Source: Clostridiaceae bacterium (lineage in GTDB: Bacteria > Bacillota > Clostridia > Clostridiales > Clostridiaceae). From it: a DNA stretch of 36,827 bases. Of the stretch, positions 26,699 to 36,039 are shown in pieces. A program made the position numbers and the translations under genes. Each line of letters begins with the position of its first letter. The first letter of the stretch is position 1. The stretch spans positions 1-36,827 of the forward strand of contig JBASOA010000039.1 in NCBI GenBank assembly GCA_049657765.1, written 5' to 3'. A model generated the notes under the pieces. It saw only the letters and a program-made list of their open reading frames with translations, searched no databases and had not been told where the DNA came from.

Positions 26699-29600
26699 TG
26701 CAAAAAAAATCATTTTTTAAAGATCTTAAGCGTTCAATCATTAAATCCAAAGCGAGATTTTTTTCCATCATGGCCATGATTGCCCTTGGTGTAGGTTTCT
26801 TTGCGGGAATCAATGCCACCAAGCCGGATATGATCCTCTCTGCGGATACTTACTATAAGGACTACAACCTTTCTAATTTTAGAGTCATGTCGCCCCTTGG
26901 ATTCAAAGAAGAAGATATTCTTGACGTGAAGAGCATGACGGATGTGGAATCCGTCATGGAAAGTTATATCAAGGATGCCTTCCTAAGTGCAGGAGAGAAT
27001 CAGGGCGGAATCATCAAAGTCTATAGCTTCGACGAGAAGAAATATGAAGATAAAAGCCTCCTCAATGTTCCAATGATTGAGTCGGGAAGACTGCCTCAAA
27101 ACTCAGGGGAAATTGCTTTGGACACTACGCTAAACACTATGAGCGATGTTCAACTTGGAGACAAGGTTACGCTGAGTGTTTCGCAAGACGAAGAACTCAC
27201 GGACAGCTTCAAACGAAGTGATTATGAAGTTGTCGGGTTCATCAAATCTCCACTCTATATCACCTATGAACGTGGACAGACGAACATCGGAGATGGGTCT
27301 GTGGCTTTTTATGGGTATATTAGCGAATCGGACTTCAATATGGAAAAGGTCACTGACCTTTTCATTAAAACAAAAGAGTCAGACAATCTCCTTGCCTATT
27401 CAAAAGAGTATAAGGCTTACAACGAACCGACCAAGGATTCCTTGGATACCTTGGGACGCGAGGTCATGAACAAGGAAACGTTGGCGCTTCAGAGCGAGCT
27501 AAAAGATGGAGAAGCAGAGCTTCTTGAAAATAAAGCCAAAGCTGAACAGGAACTTGCTGACGGAGAGAAGAAGCTGCAAGATGCGGAAGCCGAAATTGTT
27601 TCTGGAGAGCAGGAGCTTAATGACAATGAAGCGAAATATACTCAGCAATTCAAAGAAAAAAGGGATGAACTTAAAGCAGGTAAGGCTGCGCTTGCTACGG
27701 GAAAGGCGCAGTACAAAACGGGTTACAATCAGTGGCTTGCAGGATTTAACGAATTCAAGGCGGGTGAAGCGAAGCTTGCCTCTTCAAAAGCGGAGCTCGA
27801 TGCTGCAAAGGCTCAGCTTGATGCTGGAGAAGCAACACTTTTGTCTACAAAAACTGATCTTGATAGGGCCAAGAGCCAGATCGATAATCTTCAAGCGTCC
27901 ATAAATGGACTTAAGTCCATTAGGGATAGTATCTCACCTACAACTGCCTTGACAGAGGACGAATACCTAGCGCTGATCGCTTCGATCAGCTTATATTCAC
28001 CGGAGCTTGGGACAAACCTTACAGCAGGTATCCCATTTGGCGACCCAAACCTTAATGTTAAACTCATCGCTGCACTAGATTCTTCGATTGCGCAAAGCGA
28101 AACTTTGCTCGTCGATGCAAAGGGTCAGTATGAAGGTGGACTTCAGCAATACGACACTGGGGTCAAAGCCTTAGAAGAAAGCAAATTAAAATACGAGGGT
28201 GGCCTTGCAGCCTATAATGAAGGGGCAGCAAAGCTTGAATCCAGTCGCACCCAAATTGAAGCGGCGAAGCAAAAGCTTGATGATTCAAAAGCACTTCTTG
28301 ATTCTAACGAGAAGAAACTTGCAGATGGAGAGGCAGCCCTTAACAAGGGTGAAGTAGAATTCAAGACAAATTTGAAAGAAGGAAGAGAAAAGATTGCCTC
28401 AGCAAAGGTTGAACTTGCGGAGGGCAGGCAGACCTTTGAAACAGAGAAGGCGGATGCACTTTTAAAAATTGCTGATGCCGAAACTGAAATCAAGGATGCC
28501 AAACGGATGCTCCTAGAGATTCCGAGCGAGTGGTTTGTCTACACGAGAGATGGAAATCCAGGCTATACCGGAATGGGTGATGATGCGAGTAGAATTGGTG
28601 CCGTGGCAAAAGTATTTCCACTCTTTTTCTTCCTGGTTGCAGCACTTGTTTGCCTGACGACCATGACGAGAATGGTGGAGGAGGAAAGAATCCAGATCGG
28701 GACCTTAAAAGCCTTAGGGTACAGTACCTTTACCATCGCCATGAAGTACCTGACTTATTCACTTCTTGCAAGTCTCATCGGAAGCATCATCGGATTTACC
28801 GTCGGATTCCAGTTATTCCCGAGACTCATTATCTTCGTGTATGGTTCCATGTATGCGACGCCTTACATCATGTCACCGTTCCACTTTGATCTTGCGCTGA
28901 TTTCCACAGGAATCGCTGTGGTGACTACCGTTTCGGCTAGTCTTTTTGCAACGCTTAATGAACTTCGGGAAACTCCTGCGGTTCTGATGCAGCCTAAAGC
29001 ACCAAAGCCTGGAAAGCGAATTTTACTTGAAAGAATCAAGCCGCTTTGGAAAAGGCTGAGCTTTTCCTATAAGGTTACGTTCAGGAATATTTTCAGATAC
29101 AAGAAAAGGCTTCTCATGACGGTCATTGGTATTGCAGGCTGTACAGCACTCCTTGTCACTGCTTTTGGAATCAGCGATTCTGTAGGGGCGATTATGGGCA
29201 AACAGTTTGATGAGATTTTTATCTATGACGGCATGGCTATTTTAAATACAGATAAAGATGAAAGCCTTCGGAACCTGGATGAGATTCTTGGAAAGGAGCC
29301 TGAAGTTAAAAGCTATGTCAGTGCCCATTCAGAAACCATCACTGCCCATAGCGAAAACTCTGATCGGGAATATGAAGTGAGCCTGATGGCTCCACTAAAT
29401 ACAGAAACCTTCAAGGAGTTCTACGACCTTCATGATCGGGGAACAAAAGAGCCAATAGAGCTCACTGAAGATGGCGCAGTCATCACAGAAAAGCTTGCAA
29501 ATATGTTAGGTGTAGGCATTGGAGATTCCATGACTTATACGGACACGGATAACCATATCTATCAATTTAGAGTTGAAGGAATTACTGAAAATTATCTCTC

Positions 29601-30204
29601 TCATTATATCTTTATGAGTCCAGCTTATTATGACAAGATTACTCTAAGGGAACCTGAGATCAATACGGGACTCTTTACCTTTAAGGATCCAGAGAATACG
29701 GACCTTTCTGCTTTTAAAGAAAAACTGATGGAGAATGAAGGGGTCTTAGGATCCATGATTGTTGCAACGATTCAGGAAGAATTCGGGTCCAGCCTAGATT
29801 CGCTGGATTACGTGGTCCTGATCCTGATTCTCGCTGCTGGCGCTTTAGCCTTTGTCGTACTTTACAACCTGACGAATATCAACATCACCGAAAGAATCAG
29901 AGAAATTGCGACAATTAAGGTACTTGGGTTTAGAAACAAAGAAGTTTCTGCCTATATCTACCGGGAGAATGTTTTCCTCACGCTTATCGGTACCTTCGTT
30001 GGATTATTCCTTGGACTAATCCTCCATAAATATGTCATGGGGACGATGGAAGTGGACAATATGATGTTTGGAAGAATCATTTCCTTCATGAGTTTCGTCT
30101 ATGCCATCGCATTGACCATGGGATTTTCGTTCCTGGTCAACTGGGTCATGTTCTATAAGCTGAAGAAGGTCAATATGGTCGAATCACTGAAGTCCATCGA
30201 ATAG
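26692..30204 (+). CDS. Giant (1170 aa) fused double-FtsX ABC permease (MacB-type) carrying a roughly 330-aa coiled-coil insertion in its first extracytoplasmic domain
   Basis: Two FtsX TM bundles (residues about 630-760 and 1040-1170) with conserved G…LKALGY / IKVLGF motifs. Residues about 265-600 are K/E/A-rich, with periodic L-x-x-G/A-E repeats and almost no prolines. Start overlaps the ATPase stop (ATGGTAATG). Confidence 0.8.
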   Translation: MVMQKKSFFKDLKRSIIKSKARFFSIMAMIALGVGFFAGINATKPDMILSADTYYKDYNLSNFRVMSPLGFKEEDILDVKSMTDVESVMESYIKDAFLSAGENQGGIIKVYSFDEKKYEDKSLLNVPMIESGRLPQNSGEIALDTTLNTMSDVQLGDKVTLSVSQDEELTDSFKRSDYEVVGFIKSPLYITYERGQTNIGDGSVAFYGYISESDFNMEKVTDLFIKTKESDNLLAYSKEYKAYNEPTKDSLDTLGREVMNKETLALQSELKDGEAELLENKAKAEQELADGEKKLQDAEAEIVSGEQELNDNEAKYTQQFKEKRDELKAGKAALATGKAQYKTGYNQWLAGFNEFKAGEAKLASSKAELDAAKAQLDAGEATLLSTKTDLDRAKSQIDNLQASINGLKSIRDSISPTTALTEDEYLALIASISLYSPELGTNLTAGIPFGDPNLNVKLIAALDSSIAQSETLLVDAKGQYEGGLQQYDTGVKALEESKLKYEGGLAAYNEGAAKLESSRTQIEAAKQKLDDSKALLDSNEKKLADGEAALNKGEVEFKTNLKEGREKIASAKVELAEGRQTFETEKADALLKIADAETEIKDAKRMLLEIPSEWFVYTRDGNPGYTGMGDDASRIGAVAKVFPLFFFLVAALVCLTTMTRMVEEERIQIGTLKALGYSTFTIAMKYLTYSLLASLIGSIIGFTVGFQLFPRLIIFVYGSMYATPYIMSPFHFDLALISTGIAVVTTVSASLFATLNELRETPAVLMQPKAPKPGKRILLERIKPLWKRLSFSYKVTFRNIFRYKKRLLMTVIGIAGCTALLVTAFGISDSVGAIMGKQFDEIFIYDGMAILNTDKDESLRNLDEILGKEPEVKSYVSAHSETITAHSENSDREYEVSLMAPLNTETFKEFYDLHDRGTKEPIELTEDGAVITEKLANMLGVGIGDSMTYTDTDNHIYQFRVEGITENYLSHYIFMSPAYYDKITLREPEINTGLFTFKDPENTDLSAFKEKLMENEGVLGSMIVATIQEEFGSSLDSLDYVVLILILAAGALAFVVLYNLTNINITERIREIATIKVLGFRNKEVSAYIYRENVFLTLIGTFVGLFLGLILHKYVMGTMEVDNMMFGRIISFMSFVYAIALTMGFSFLVNWVMFYKLKKVNMVESLKSIE

Positions 30205-30213
30205 GAGGAGAAT

Positions 30214-30813
30214 ATGCGAATTACAAAAGATCCTCAAGTTAGAAAACACGAAATCGTTGAAACAGCAATGATCATTTTCGAAGAAAATGGGATTCAGAAG
30301 ACTTCGATGAGTGAAATCGCAAAGAGAGCCGGGGTTGCCAAAGGACTGCTTTATTATTATTTCACCTCCAAGGACGCCCTGGTATCTGAAGTCATCGATC
30401 AGTTTTCAAAAGGGGTAAATGAATATATTAGCGAAATAATGAAGAATGAAAATTACTCTTTTTATGACAAGCTAAGCCATATCATCAACTTCTTTTTCTC
30501 CACCATCGTGGAGAGAACTGCATCAATGAGCATTTCGATGGTCAATCAGGGAACGTTCGAACTGATCAGGACGAAATTATCAGACGTTGCCATCCTCCAT
30601 GCAAAGGAACTGGTCTTATCCGGCAAGAAAGAGGGGATTATCAGCATCGAATATCCCGAGCTCGTCGTTAAAATGCTGATTAAGGGAATTGCTGATCTCT
30701 ATATGGATGGGGAAACTAACCCGGAGGTTCTTACAGTACTTATCGAGCAGGCTCTCGGAATCCCTAAAGGCAGGATAGGGATTAAGCTTCATCCTCATGT
30801 CAAAGCTGAATAG
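30214..30813 (+). CDS. TetR/AcrR-family transcriptional regulator
   Basis: N-terminal HTH TSMSEIAKRAGVAKGLLYYYFTSKDAL; RBS AGGAGG. Confidence 0.85.
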   Translation: MRITKDPQVRKHEIVETAMIIFEENGIQKTSMSEIAKRAGVAKGLLYYYFTSKDALVSEVIDQFSKGVNEYISEIMKNENYSFYDKLSHIINFFFSTIVERTASMSISMVNQGTFELIRTKLSDVAILHAKELVLSGKKEGIISIEYPELVVKMLIKGIADLYMDGETNPEVLTVLIEQALGIPKGRIGIKLHPHVKAE

Positions 30814-30848
30814 ATTGTTTAGAGGCTGATTGCCTCCTCAGAAATTTC

Positions 30849-30898
30849 GCACCACAATCTCCGTGTTAGTCACAATGCGGGTGTTGTGGTGCATTTTT
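30849..30898 (+). terminator. Terminator-like structure (GCACCACAA...TTGTGGTGC followed by ATTTTTAT) with an alternative inner stem (CACAA/TTGTG)
   Basis: Read directly. Confidence 0.5.
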
Positions 30899-31084
30899 AT
30901 GTCTTTACCCTTAAAAGAAGAACTAAATATTCATACAAACTTTCTAATTCAATAGGGGAGAATATGATAGGGTGAATTTAAAGGGAGCGATAAAAATGAA
31001 AGAGAAACGAAATGCCTTGAAGATGCTGAGGAGCTTAATCCTAAAGGAAAAGAACAATTAGAGAGCTTAATTCGTAATAAGGAT

Positions 31085-31687
31085 ATGGAAGGTATGGTTG
31101 AAGTTCTTAAAGAAGAACCCGCGCGTATGAAGGGATTGATTGAAACGATACAAGCAGATAAGGGAAGCGGTAAATTCTTCCTGGAAAAATCAATCCGTCT
31201 GCTCAGTGAAAGGGAACCAAGCCTTGTTTATCCTTACTTCAGTGAGATTGATTTGCTTATTGAAAGTCCCAATAACTTTATCAAGTGGGGAGGGATTATC
31301 ACCCTATCTAACCTGATTGCGGTTGATGAGGAAAACCGGTTTGAACCGCTTTTTGATCAGTATTTCTCTCTTCTTAACGCTGATTCCATGATTACTGCCG
31401 GAAATGTTGCGTCGAACGCCTGGAAATTCGTCATGAAGAATCCCAATTGGGAAAAGGAGATCACCCAACGGCTACTGAAGGTAAGAGAAAATACCTACCT
31501 CTATAAAGGAGAACCTTCACTGGAATGCAAAAATATCATGATTGGACATGTCTTAGATTGCTTTGACAAATATTACGAAGTCTCAACTCTTCAGGAGAAG
31601 ATGATTGCCTTTGCAGAAAGCGAAGTGAAGAATCCCCGACAATCAGTTGCTAGAAAAGCTCAAACTTTTCTCAAGAATCATCGTTGA
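31085..31687 (+). CDS. Hypothetical HEAT-repeat-like protein (weak resemblance to AlkD-type DNA-alkylation-repair proteins)
   Basis: Periodic alpha-helical repeat pattern (…NFIKWGGIITLSNL…NADSMITAGNVASNAWKFVMKNPNWEKEI…); weak RBS. Confidence 0.5.
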   Translation: MEGMVEVLKEEPARMKGLIETIQADKGSGKFFLEKSIRLLSEREPSLVYPYFSEIDLLIESPNNFIKWGGIITLSNLIAVDEENRFEPLFDQYFSLLNADSMITAGNVASNAWKFVMKNPNWEKEITQRLLKVRENTYLYKGEPSLECKNIMIGHVLDCFDKYYEVSTLQEKMIAFAESEVKNPRQSVARKAQTFLKNHR

Positions 31688-32035
31688 ATTTCAGAACAGT
31701 CGAAATTATTCGACGACTAAATATACAGTCTCCTTTAAAAGTAGTATAATTAACAATATAAATCGGTATTGGAAGATATCCAAAAGGCTTAATTTCAATC
31801 AGCTGAATGAGAGTGTTTTTTCTTAAAACAGTCAAGGTTCAGATTCAAACTTTTGCGATTAAACCCTTGCGATGGAAAGATTAGAATGCTGAATTTGAGG
31901 TTTCTAGACTTTCAGGTACCGGATGTTAGATTGAAGACAATTGAGGAGATGGGACAAGAGAAATTGACTGCATTAGATCGATTCTCAGACAGAAAAGAAG
32001 TAAGCCAAGACCTATTAAAATAATGAGGTGTAATC

Positions 32036-34087
32036 ATGGATAATATCATCCAGACTCTGTTACCATATTTCTTAGTTTTAATTGGGATTATTTTAGTGCT
32101 GGCTATTGTTGGATTTCGTGTCATTCCGAATAATAAGATTGCCATCATCGAAAAATGGTGGTCCAACAAAGGCTCGCTGAACGAGCAGATCATTGCTCTC
32201 CACGGAGAAGCTGGTTATCAGCCGCAGATCATTAGAGGAGGCATTCACTTTCTGACCCCTTTCTTATATCGCGTACATATTTGTCCTTTGGTCACAGTAC
32301 CTCAAGGGCAAATCGCTTATGTCTTTGCCCGTGACGGACAACCACTGGAACCTATTCAAACTTTAAGCAAGGTCATTCCAGAGGGCAGCAACTTCCAGAA
32401 TGTTAGGGGATTTCTTGAACATGGCGGACAAAGAGGTCCTCAAAGAGGAATCATTAGAGAAGGAACTTATGCTTTTAATCTGGCTGAGTTTATTATCATT
32501 ACAGAAAACAAGAGCTACTATCTCTCTATGGGAACAAGCTCAGAGGAAGCGACCATTGCAAAGATGGCTGAATTACTGAAAGAAAGAGATGGATTCAGAC
32601 CAGTAGTCATCAAAGGTAACGATGACAAAGTCGGAATCGTCACCGTCCATGATGGCTTATCCCTCTATAGGGATGACATCATCGCACCAGCCGTTGGCGA
32701 TAATGCAGAATTCCCGGAAACCTACCATAATAATTTCCAAGACCCAGAAAAATTCCTCAAAGCCGGCGGCTTTAGAGGAAGACAGTATCAGGTTTTGGTT
32801 GAAGGTACTTACTTTATCAATCGGTTTTTTGCCACAGTAGAACTCATCGAGAAGACACTGATCCAGGTTGGATTTGTTGGCGTCGTTGTTTCCTATATTG
32901 GACCTAAAGGTCAGGACTCAACAGGTGAGGATTACAAGCATGGCGAACTCGTGGAAAAAGGTTATCGTGGTGTGTGGAGAGAGCCTCTTATGCCAGGTAA
33001 ATATGCCTTCAACACCTATGCCGGACAGATTATCCGTATCCCAACCACAAATATCATCCTGAAATGGATCAGCAACCAGATGGGTTCCCATATGTTTGAT
33101 GAGAACCTGAAGGAAGTCAGCCTGATCACGAAAGATGCCTTTGAACCATCCCTTCCATTATCTGTCGTCATGCACATCGACTACCGTAAAGCTCCACTGG
33201 TAATCCAGCGGTTCGGCGACGTAAAAATGCTGGTGGACCAGACACTGGATCCTATGGTTTCGGCATACTTTAAGAATATCGGACAGACAAAGACGCTTAT
33301 CCAGCTTATTCAGGAAAGAAATGAAATTCAAAATACCTCATCGAGGGAAATGAAACTCAAATTCGAACACTATAATCTGGAGCTTGAAGAAGTGCTTATC
33401 GGCACACCTTCAGCATCCGTCAATGACAACAAGATTGAAATCATCCTGGCACAGCTAAGAGACAGACAGATTGCCGTGGAAAAAATTGAAACCTATTCCC
33501 AGCAGGAAAAAGCAGCCGGAAAAGAGAAGGAACTGAGAGAGGCTGAGTCCAAGGCCTTGCAGCAGACTTATCTTACAGAATCTGACATCAATATTCAGAT
33601 TCAGAGCAATCAGGGTAAAGCCGACTATCAAAGATCTCTCCAAGATGCTTCGAAAATCAAGGCAATAGCGGAAGCTGAAGCAGAGCGAGAAGCAAGGGTT
33701 GGTATTGGTAAAGCTATCGCTATCGATGAACAAGTCAAGGCTTATGGGGGACCACAATACCAGGTTGTCCAGGATGTCATGACGAAGTTCACGGCAGCCA
33801 TCGAGAAATCGAAGATTGATATTGTGCCAAAGACTGTGGTCAGCATGGGCGGAGGATCCGAGCATGGAAGCTCAGTCAATGCATTTGAAATGCTTCTTAG
33901 CCTTTTAGTCAGCGAGAAACTTGGCGTCAAGTTCGACCAGGGCGATAAGATAGAAAATGACCGAGTCAAGGAAATCAAGGATTCCATCATGAAATCAATA
34001 GAGATGAGTACAAAGATACAAATTGAAGAACCTGAAATGAAAGAAAATGAAGCAAAAGAAACTGGTGAAATGAGCCAATCCATATAA
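32036..34087 (+). CDS. Flotillin-family (SPFH/band-7) membrane protein, 683 aa
   Basis: N-terminal TM hairpin, SPFH domain, EA-rich coiled coil (KAIAEAEAEREAR), and a C-terminal region IDIVPKTVVSMGGGSEHGSSVNAFEMLLSLL that resembles the FloT C-terminus. Confidence 0.75.
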   Translation: MDNIIQTLLPYFLVLIGIILVLAIVGFRVIPNNKIAIIEKWWSNKGSLNEQIIALHGEAGYQPQIIRGGIHFLTPFLYRVHICPLVTVPQGQIAYVFARDGQPLEPIQTLSKVIPEGSNFQNVRGFLEHGGQRGPQRGIIREGTYAFNLAEFIIITENKSYYLSMGTSSEEATIAKMAELLKERDGFRPVVIKGNDDKVGIVTVHDGLSLYRDDIIAPAVGDNAEFPETYHNNFQDPEKFLKAGGFRGRQYQVLVEGTYFINRFFATVELIEKTLIQVGFVGVVVSYIGPKGQDSTGEDYKHGELVEKGYRGVWREPLMPGKYAFNTYAGQIIRIPTTNIILKWISNQMGSHMFDENLKEVSLITKDAFEPSLPLSVVMHIDYRKAPLVIQRFGDVKMLVDQTLDPMVSAYFKNIGQTKTLIQLIQERNEIQNTSSREMKLKFEHYNLELEEVLIGTPSASVNDNKIEIILAQLRDRQIAVEKIETYSQQEKAAGKEKELREAESKALQQTYLTESDINIQIQSNQGKADYQRSLQDASKIKAIAEAEAEREARVGIGKAIAIDEQVKAYGGPQYQVVQDVMTKFTAAIEKSKIDIVPKTVVSMGGGSEHGSSVNAFEMLLSLLVSEKLGVKFDQGDKIENDRVKEIKDSIMKSIEMSTKIQIEEPEMKENEAKETGEMSQSI

Positions 34088-34093
34088 AAAAAT

Positions 34094-34122
34094 GAAACCC
34101 GGAGTTATCCGGGTTTTTCCTT
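34094..34122 (+). terminator. Terminator GAAACCCGGA-gtta-TCCGGGTTTTTCC
   Basis: 10-bp stem plus T5. Confidence 0.85.
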
Positions 34123-34220
34123 TGTTGAAAAGTTGGGTTTGGAGTCTCAATCTAAACTTCTATACAGAAGTAGAACAGGACAAAAGGAATAGATTAATTA
34201 AAAGATGCTCGTTTAACTCC

Positions 34221-34868
34221 CTAAAGATCCAGTGCTTCAAACGACCTTACCGATCGGAAATAGGAGAAGAGAGTTAATAGAGTATAAAGCATGATGCCAG
34301 CTGCCAAGACCCAAAGTTTAATCCAAAGAAACTCTGGATCTCTCGTATCAAGATAATTTTTAACAAAAGGGACAGCATGGGCACTTGCTTCTGCAATAAT
34401 CATAAATAAGGTAGTTACAATGGTTCCCCATAGAAAGGATTTCCCGACTTTGTCGGTGTCTTTATAGTACTTCGTAAAGAAGACAAGATTGAATAAACCC
34501 AGCATCAAAAATGAGAATCCAAAAAACGCAATATTGGCATCCATGCCCACCAGATTCCCAGGTAAACTGAATGTTCTTCTGATGAGGGCAAATGGAATGG
34601 CAGTGATAATCTGTGCAAGCTGCAAAATGATCACCAAGGTGAATCTTGATTTTACGATGTCTCTTTTTCGAATAGGGAGCGTCATGGAGTAGAAGATGTC
34701 ATGATTTTCACGTCCGCTTAAACAGGTAAAAAAGATCGCAAGTGTGGTGTAGAAAAAAGTCATGTAATAAGGATAATTTGGGATCAGCATCATGGCGGAC
34801 AAGGAGAGGAAGATTAGGGAAGTTGGGTGCATCGCAAGCTTAAATTCTTTGTACAACATATTTTTCAT
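34221..34868 (-). CDS. ABC-2-type (BcrB-like) transporter permease, 6 TM segments
   Basis: Hydrophobic 6-TM profile; translationally coupled to the upstream ATPase (8-nt gap, RBS AAGGAG). Confidence 0.7.
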   Translation of the reverse strand: MKNMLYKEFKLAMHPTSLIFLSLSAMMLIPNYPYYMTFFYTTLAIFFTCLSGRENHDIFYSMTLPIRKRDIVKSRFTLVIILQLAQIITAIPFALIRRTFSLPGNLVGMDANIAFFGFSFLMLGLFNLVFFTKYYKDTDKVGKSFLWGTIVTTLFMIIAEASAHAVPFVKNYLDTRDPEFLWIKLWVLAAGIMLYTLLTLFSYFRSVRSFEALDL

Positions 34869-34875
34869 AGCAGAA

Positions 34876-35712
34876 TTACTCCTTTTCCAAGTGGACGACA
34901 ATGGATTCCAAATCAGCACCTGACATTTCTAAGTTTAAACTTTCACTGTCCAATGACCTAATTAATGCACTGAATCCATGCTTGCTTTTCTTACATCCGA
35001 TGAGCTTTAACTTTAGCTCGTCGGTTAACTGCTCATCTGTGAGTTCCAAGACCTTATACTGGCTTAAAAATGAATTCAAATCTGTGCTTGCAAGGATTTC
35101 TCCGTTTTTAATGTAGATGATATTATCCGCACATTTATCGAGATCAGAGGTAATGTGTGTGGAGAATAAGATGGTGATGCTCTCATCGGATAGTCCCATA
35201 AAAACATCAAGGAGATCATCTCTTGAAACAGGATCCAGTCCACTTGTCGGTTCGTCTAGAATGAGAAGCTCTGCATTGTGTGAAAGGGCTAAAACCAGGG
35301 AATACTTCACTTTCATTCCAGCAGATAGTTCATCGAGAGTCTTGTTTTCATCCAGGTTAAACATAGTCATGTAGTGATGGTATGCTTTCTCATCCCAGTT
35401 TTTATAGAATGGGCGAGTGGTTTCTGTAATGATCTTGATCTTCTTTTTAGGATAGTAATCAATTCCGCCTGCAACAAATCCGATTTTTTGCTTGATTTCA
35501 AATTCGTTTTCTTGATAGCTCTTTCCAAAGAAGACAATCGCTCCACTATTTGGATGAACAAGATTAAAGAGGGATTTCAAGGTTGTCGTTTTCCCCGCTC
35601 CGTTACGTCCAATAAATCCTGTGATTGTTCCTTGCTGAAGTTCGAACGAAACCTTGTTTAGTTCAAACTTGTCATACTTTTTACATAGATTTCTAACTGA
35701 TAAGACACTCAT
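34876..35712 (-). CDS. ABC transporter ATP-binding protein (BcrA-like, with a DUF4162-type C-terminal extension)
   Basis: Walker A GRNGAGKTT, signature LSAGMKVK, Walker B LLILDEPTSGLD. RBS AGGAGG overlaps the stop codon of the upstream gene. The start used is the M of MSVLSVRNL. Confidence 0.85.
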   Translation of the reverse strand: MSVLSVRNLCKKYDKFELNKVSFELQQGTITGFIGRNGAGKTTTLKSLFNLVHPNSGAIVFFGKSYQENEFEIKQKIGFVAGGIDYYPKKKIKIITETTRPFYKNWDEKAYHHYMTMFNLDENKTLDELSAGMKVKYSLVLALSHNAELLILDEPTSGLDPVSRDDLLDVFMGLSDESITILFSTHITSDLDKCADNIIYIKNGEILASTDLNSFLSQYKVLELTDEQLTDELKLKLIGCKKSKHGFSALIRSLDSESLNLEMSGADLESIVVHLEKE

Positions 35713-35713
35713 T

Positions 35714-35941
35714 TTACTCCTCCTTATCAGGATTTTCGGAAGTATCTCCAAATGCCATTTGCGCAAGCTTTGTAAACATGCTCTTGGGTGGAATGGCAAT
35801 CCCTTGTTTAACATCTCCCAGTAGAATCAGGGTATCTCCCGGATTAATATTGAAGACTTCTCTCGCTTCTTTTGGAATTACAATCTGTCCTTTTTCTCCG
35901 ACCTTCACTGTCCATGCATATTTTCCTTTTGGCTTTGTCAT
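35714..35941 (-). CDS. AbrB/MazE/SpoVT-family small DNA-binding protein (75 aa), first gene of the ABC operon
   Basis: Swapped-hairpin motif KVGEKGQIVIPKEAREVFNINPGDTLILL; RBS GGAGGAG. Confidence 0.7.
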   Translation of the reverse strand: MTKPKGKYAWTVKVGEKGQIVIPKEAREVFNINPGDTLILLGDVKQGIAIPPKSMFTKLAQMAFGDTSENPDKEE

Positions 35942-35991
35942 TTTATCTCCTCCATAAAGTATGAAATGTATGATTTGTACTACTTTTCTTC

Positions 35992-36020
35992 ATGATAGTC
36001 TTAAGTTAATTTTTTGTCAA
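35992..36020 (-). promoter_or_regulatory. Promoter TTGACA-17-TATCAT (minus strand) for the abrB-like/ABC operon
   Basis: Reverse complement of 36015-36020 is TTGACA and of 35992-35997 is TATCAT. Confidence 0.55.
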
Positions 36021-36039
36021 TATATTTTTTGAAATAACT

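Noticed and set aside
27176-28889. ORFs 27176-27469, 27506-27904, 28212-28502(-), 28650-28889 inside the giant permease gene
   Set aside because: Alternative frames of the coiled-coil-encoding, purine-rich region. The main frame is continuous with recognisable FtsX domains on both sides.
30996-31084. Programmed -1 frameshift joining the 21-codon upstream ORF to the HEAT-like gene
   Set aside because: No convincing slippery heptamer or downstream pseudoknot was identified, so it is kept only as an annotation ambiguity in the findings.
31912-32193. ORF 31912-32193(-) overlapping the flotillin start
   Set aside because: Antisense to the flotillin N-terminus and promoter, no RBS.
33455-34083. 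Minus-strand ORFs 33455-33865 and 33742-34083 within flotillin
   Set aside because: Antisense shadows of the EA-repeat/coiled-coil region.
34901-35661. Plus-strand ORFs 34901-35116, 35117-35374, 35374-35661 opposite the ABC ATPase
   Set aside because: Antisense to a CDS with complete Walker A/signature/Walker B motifs.
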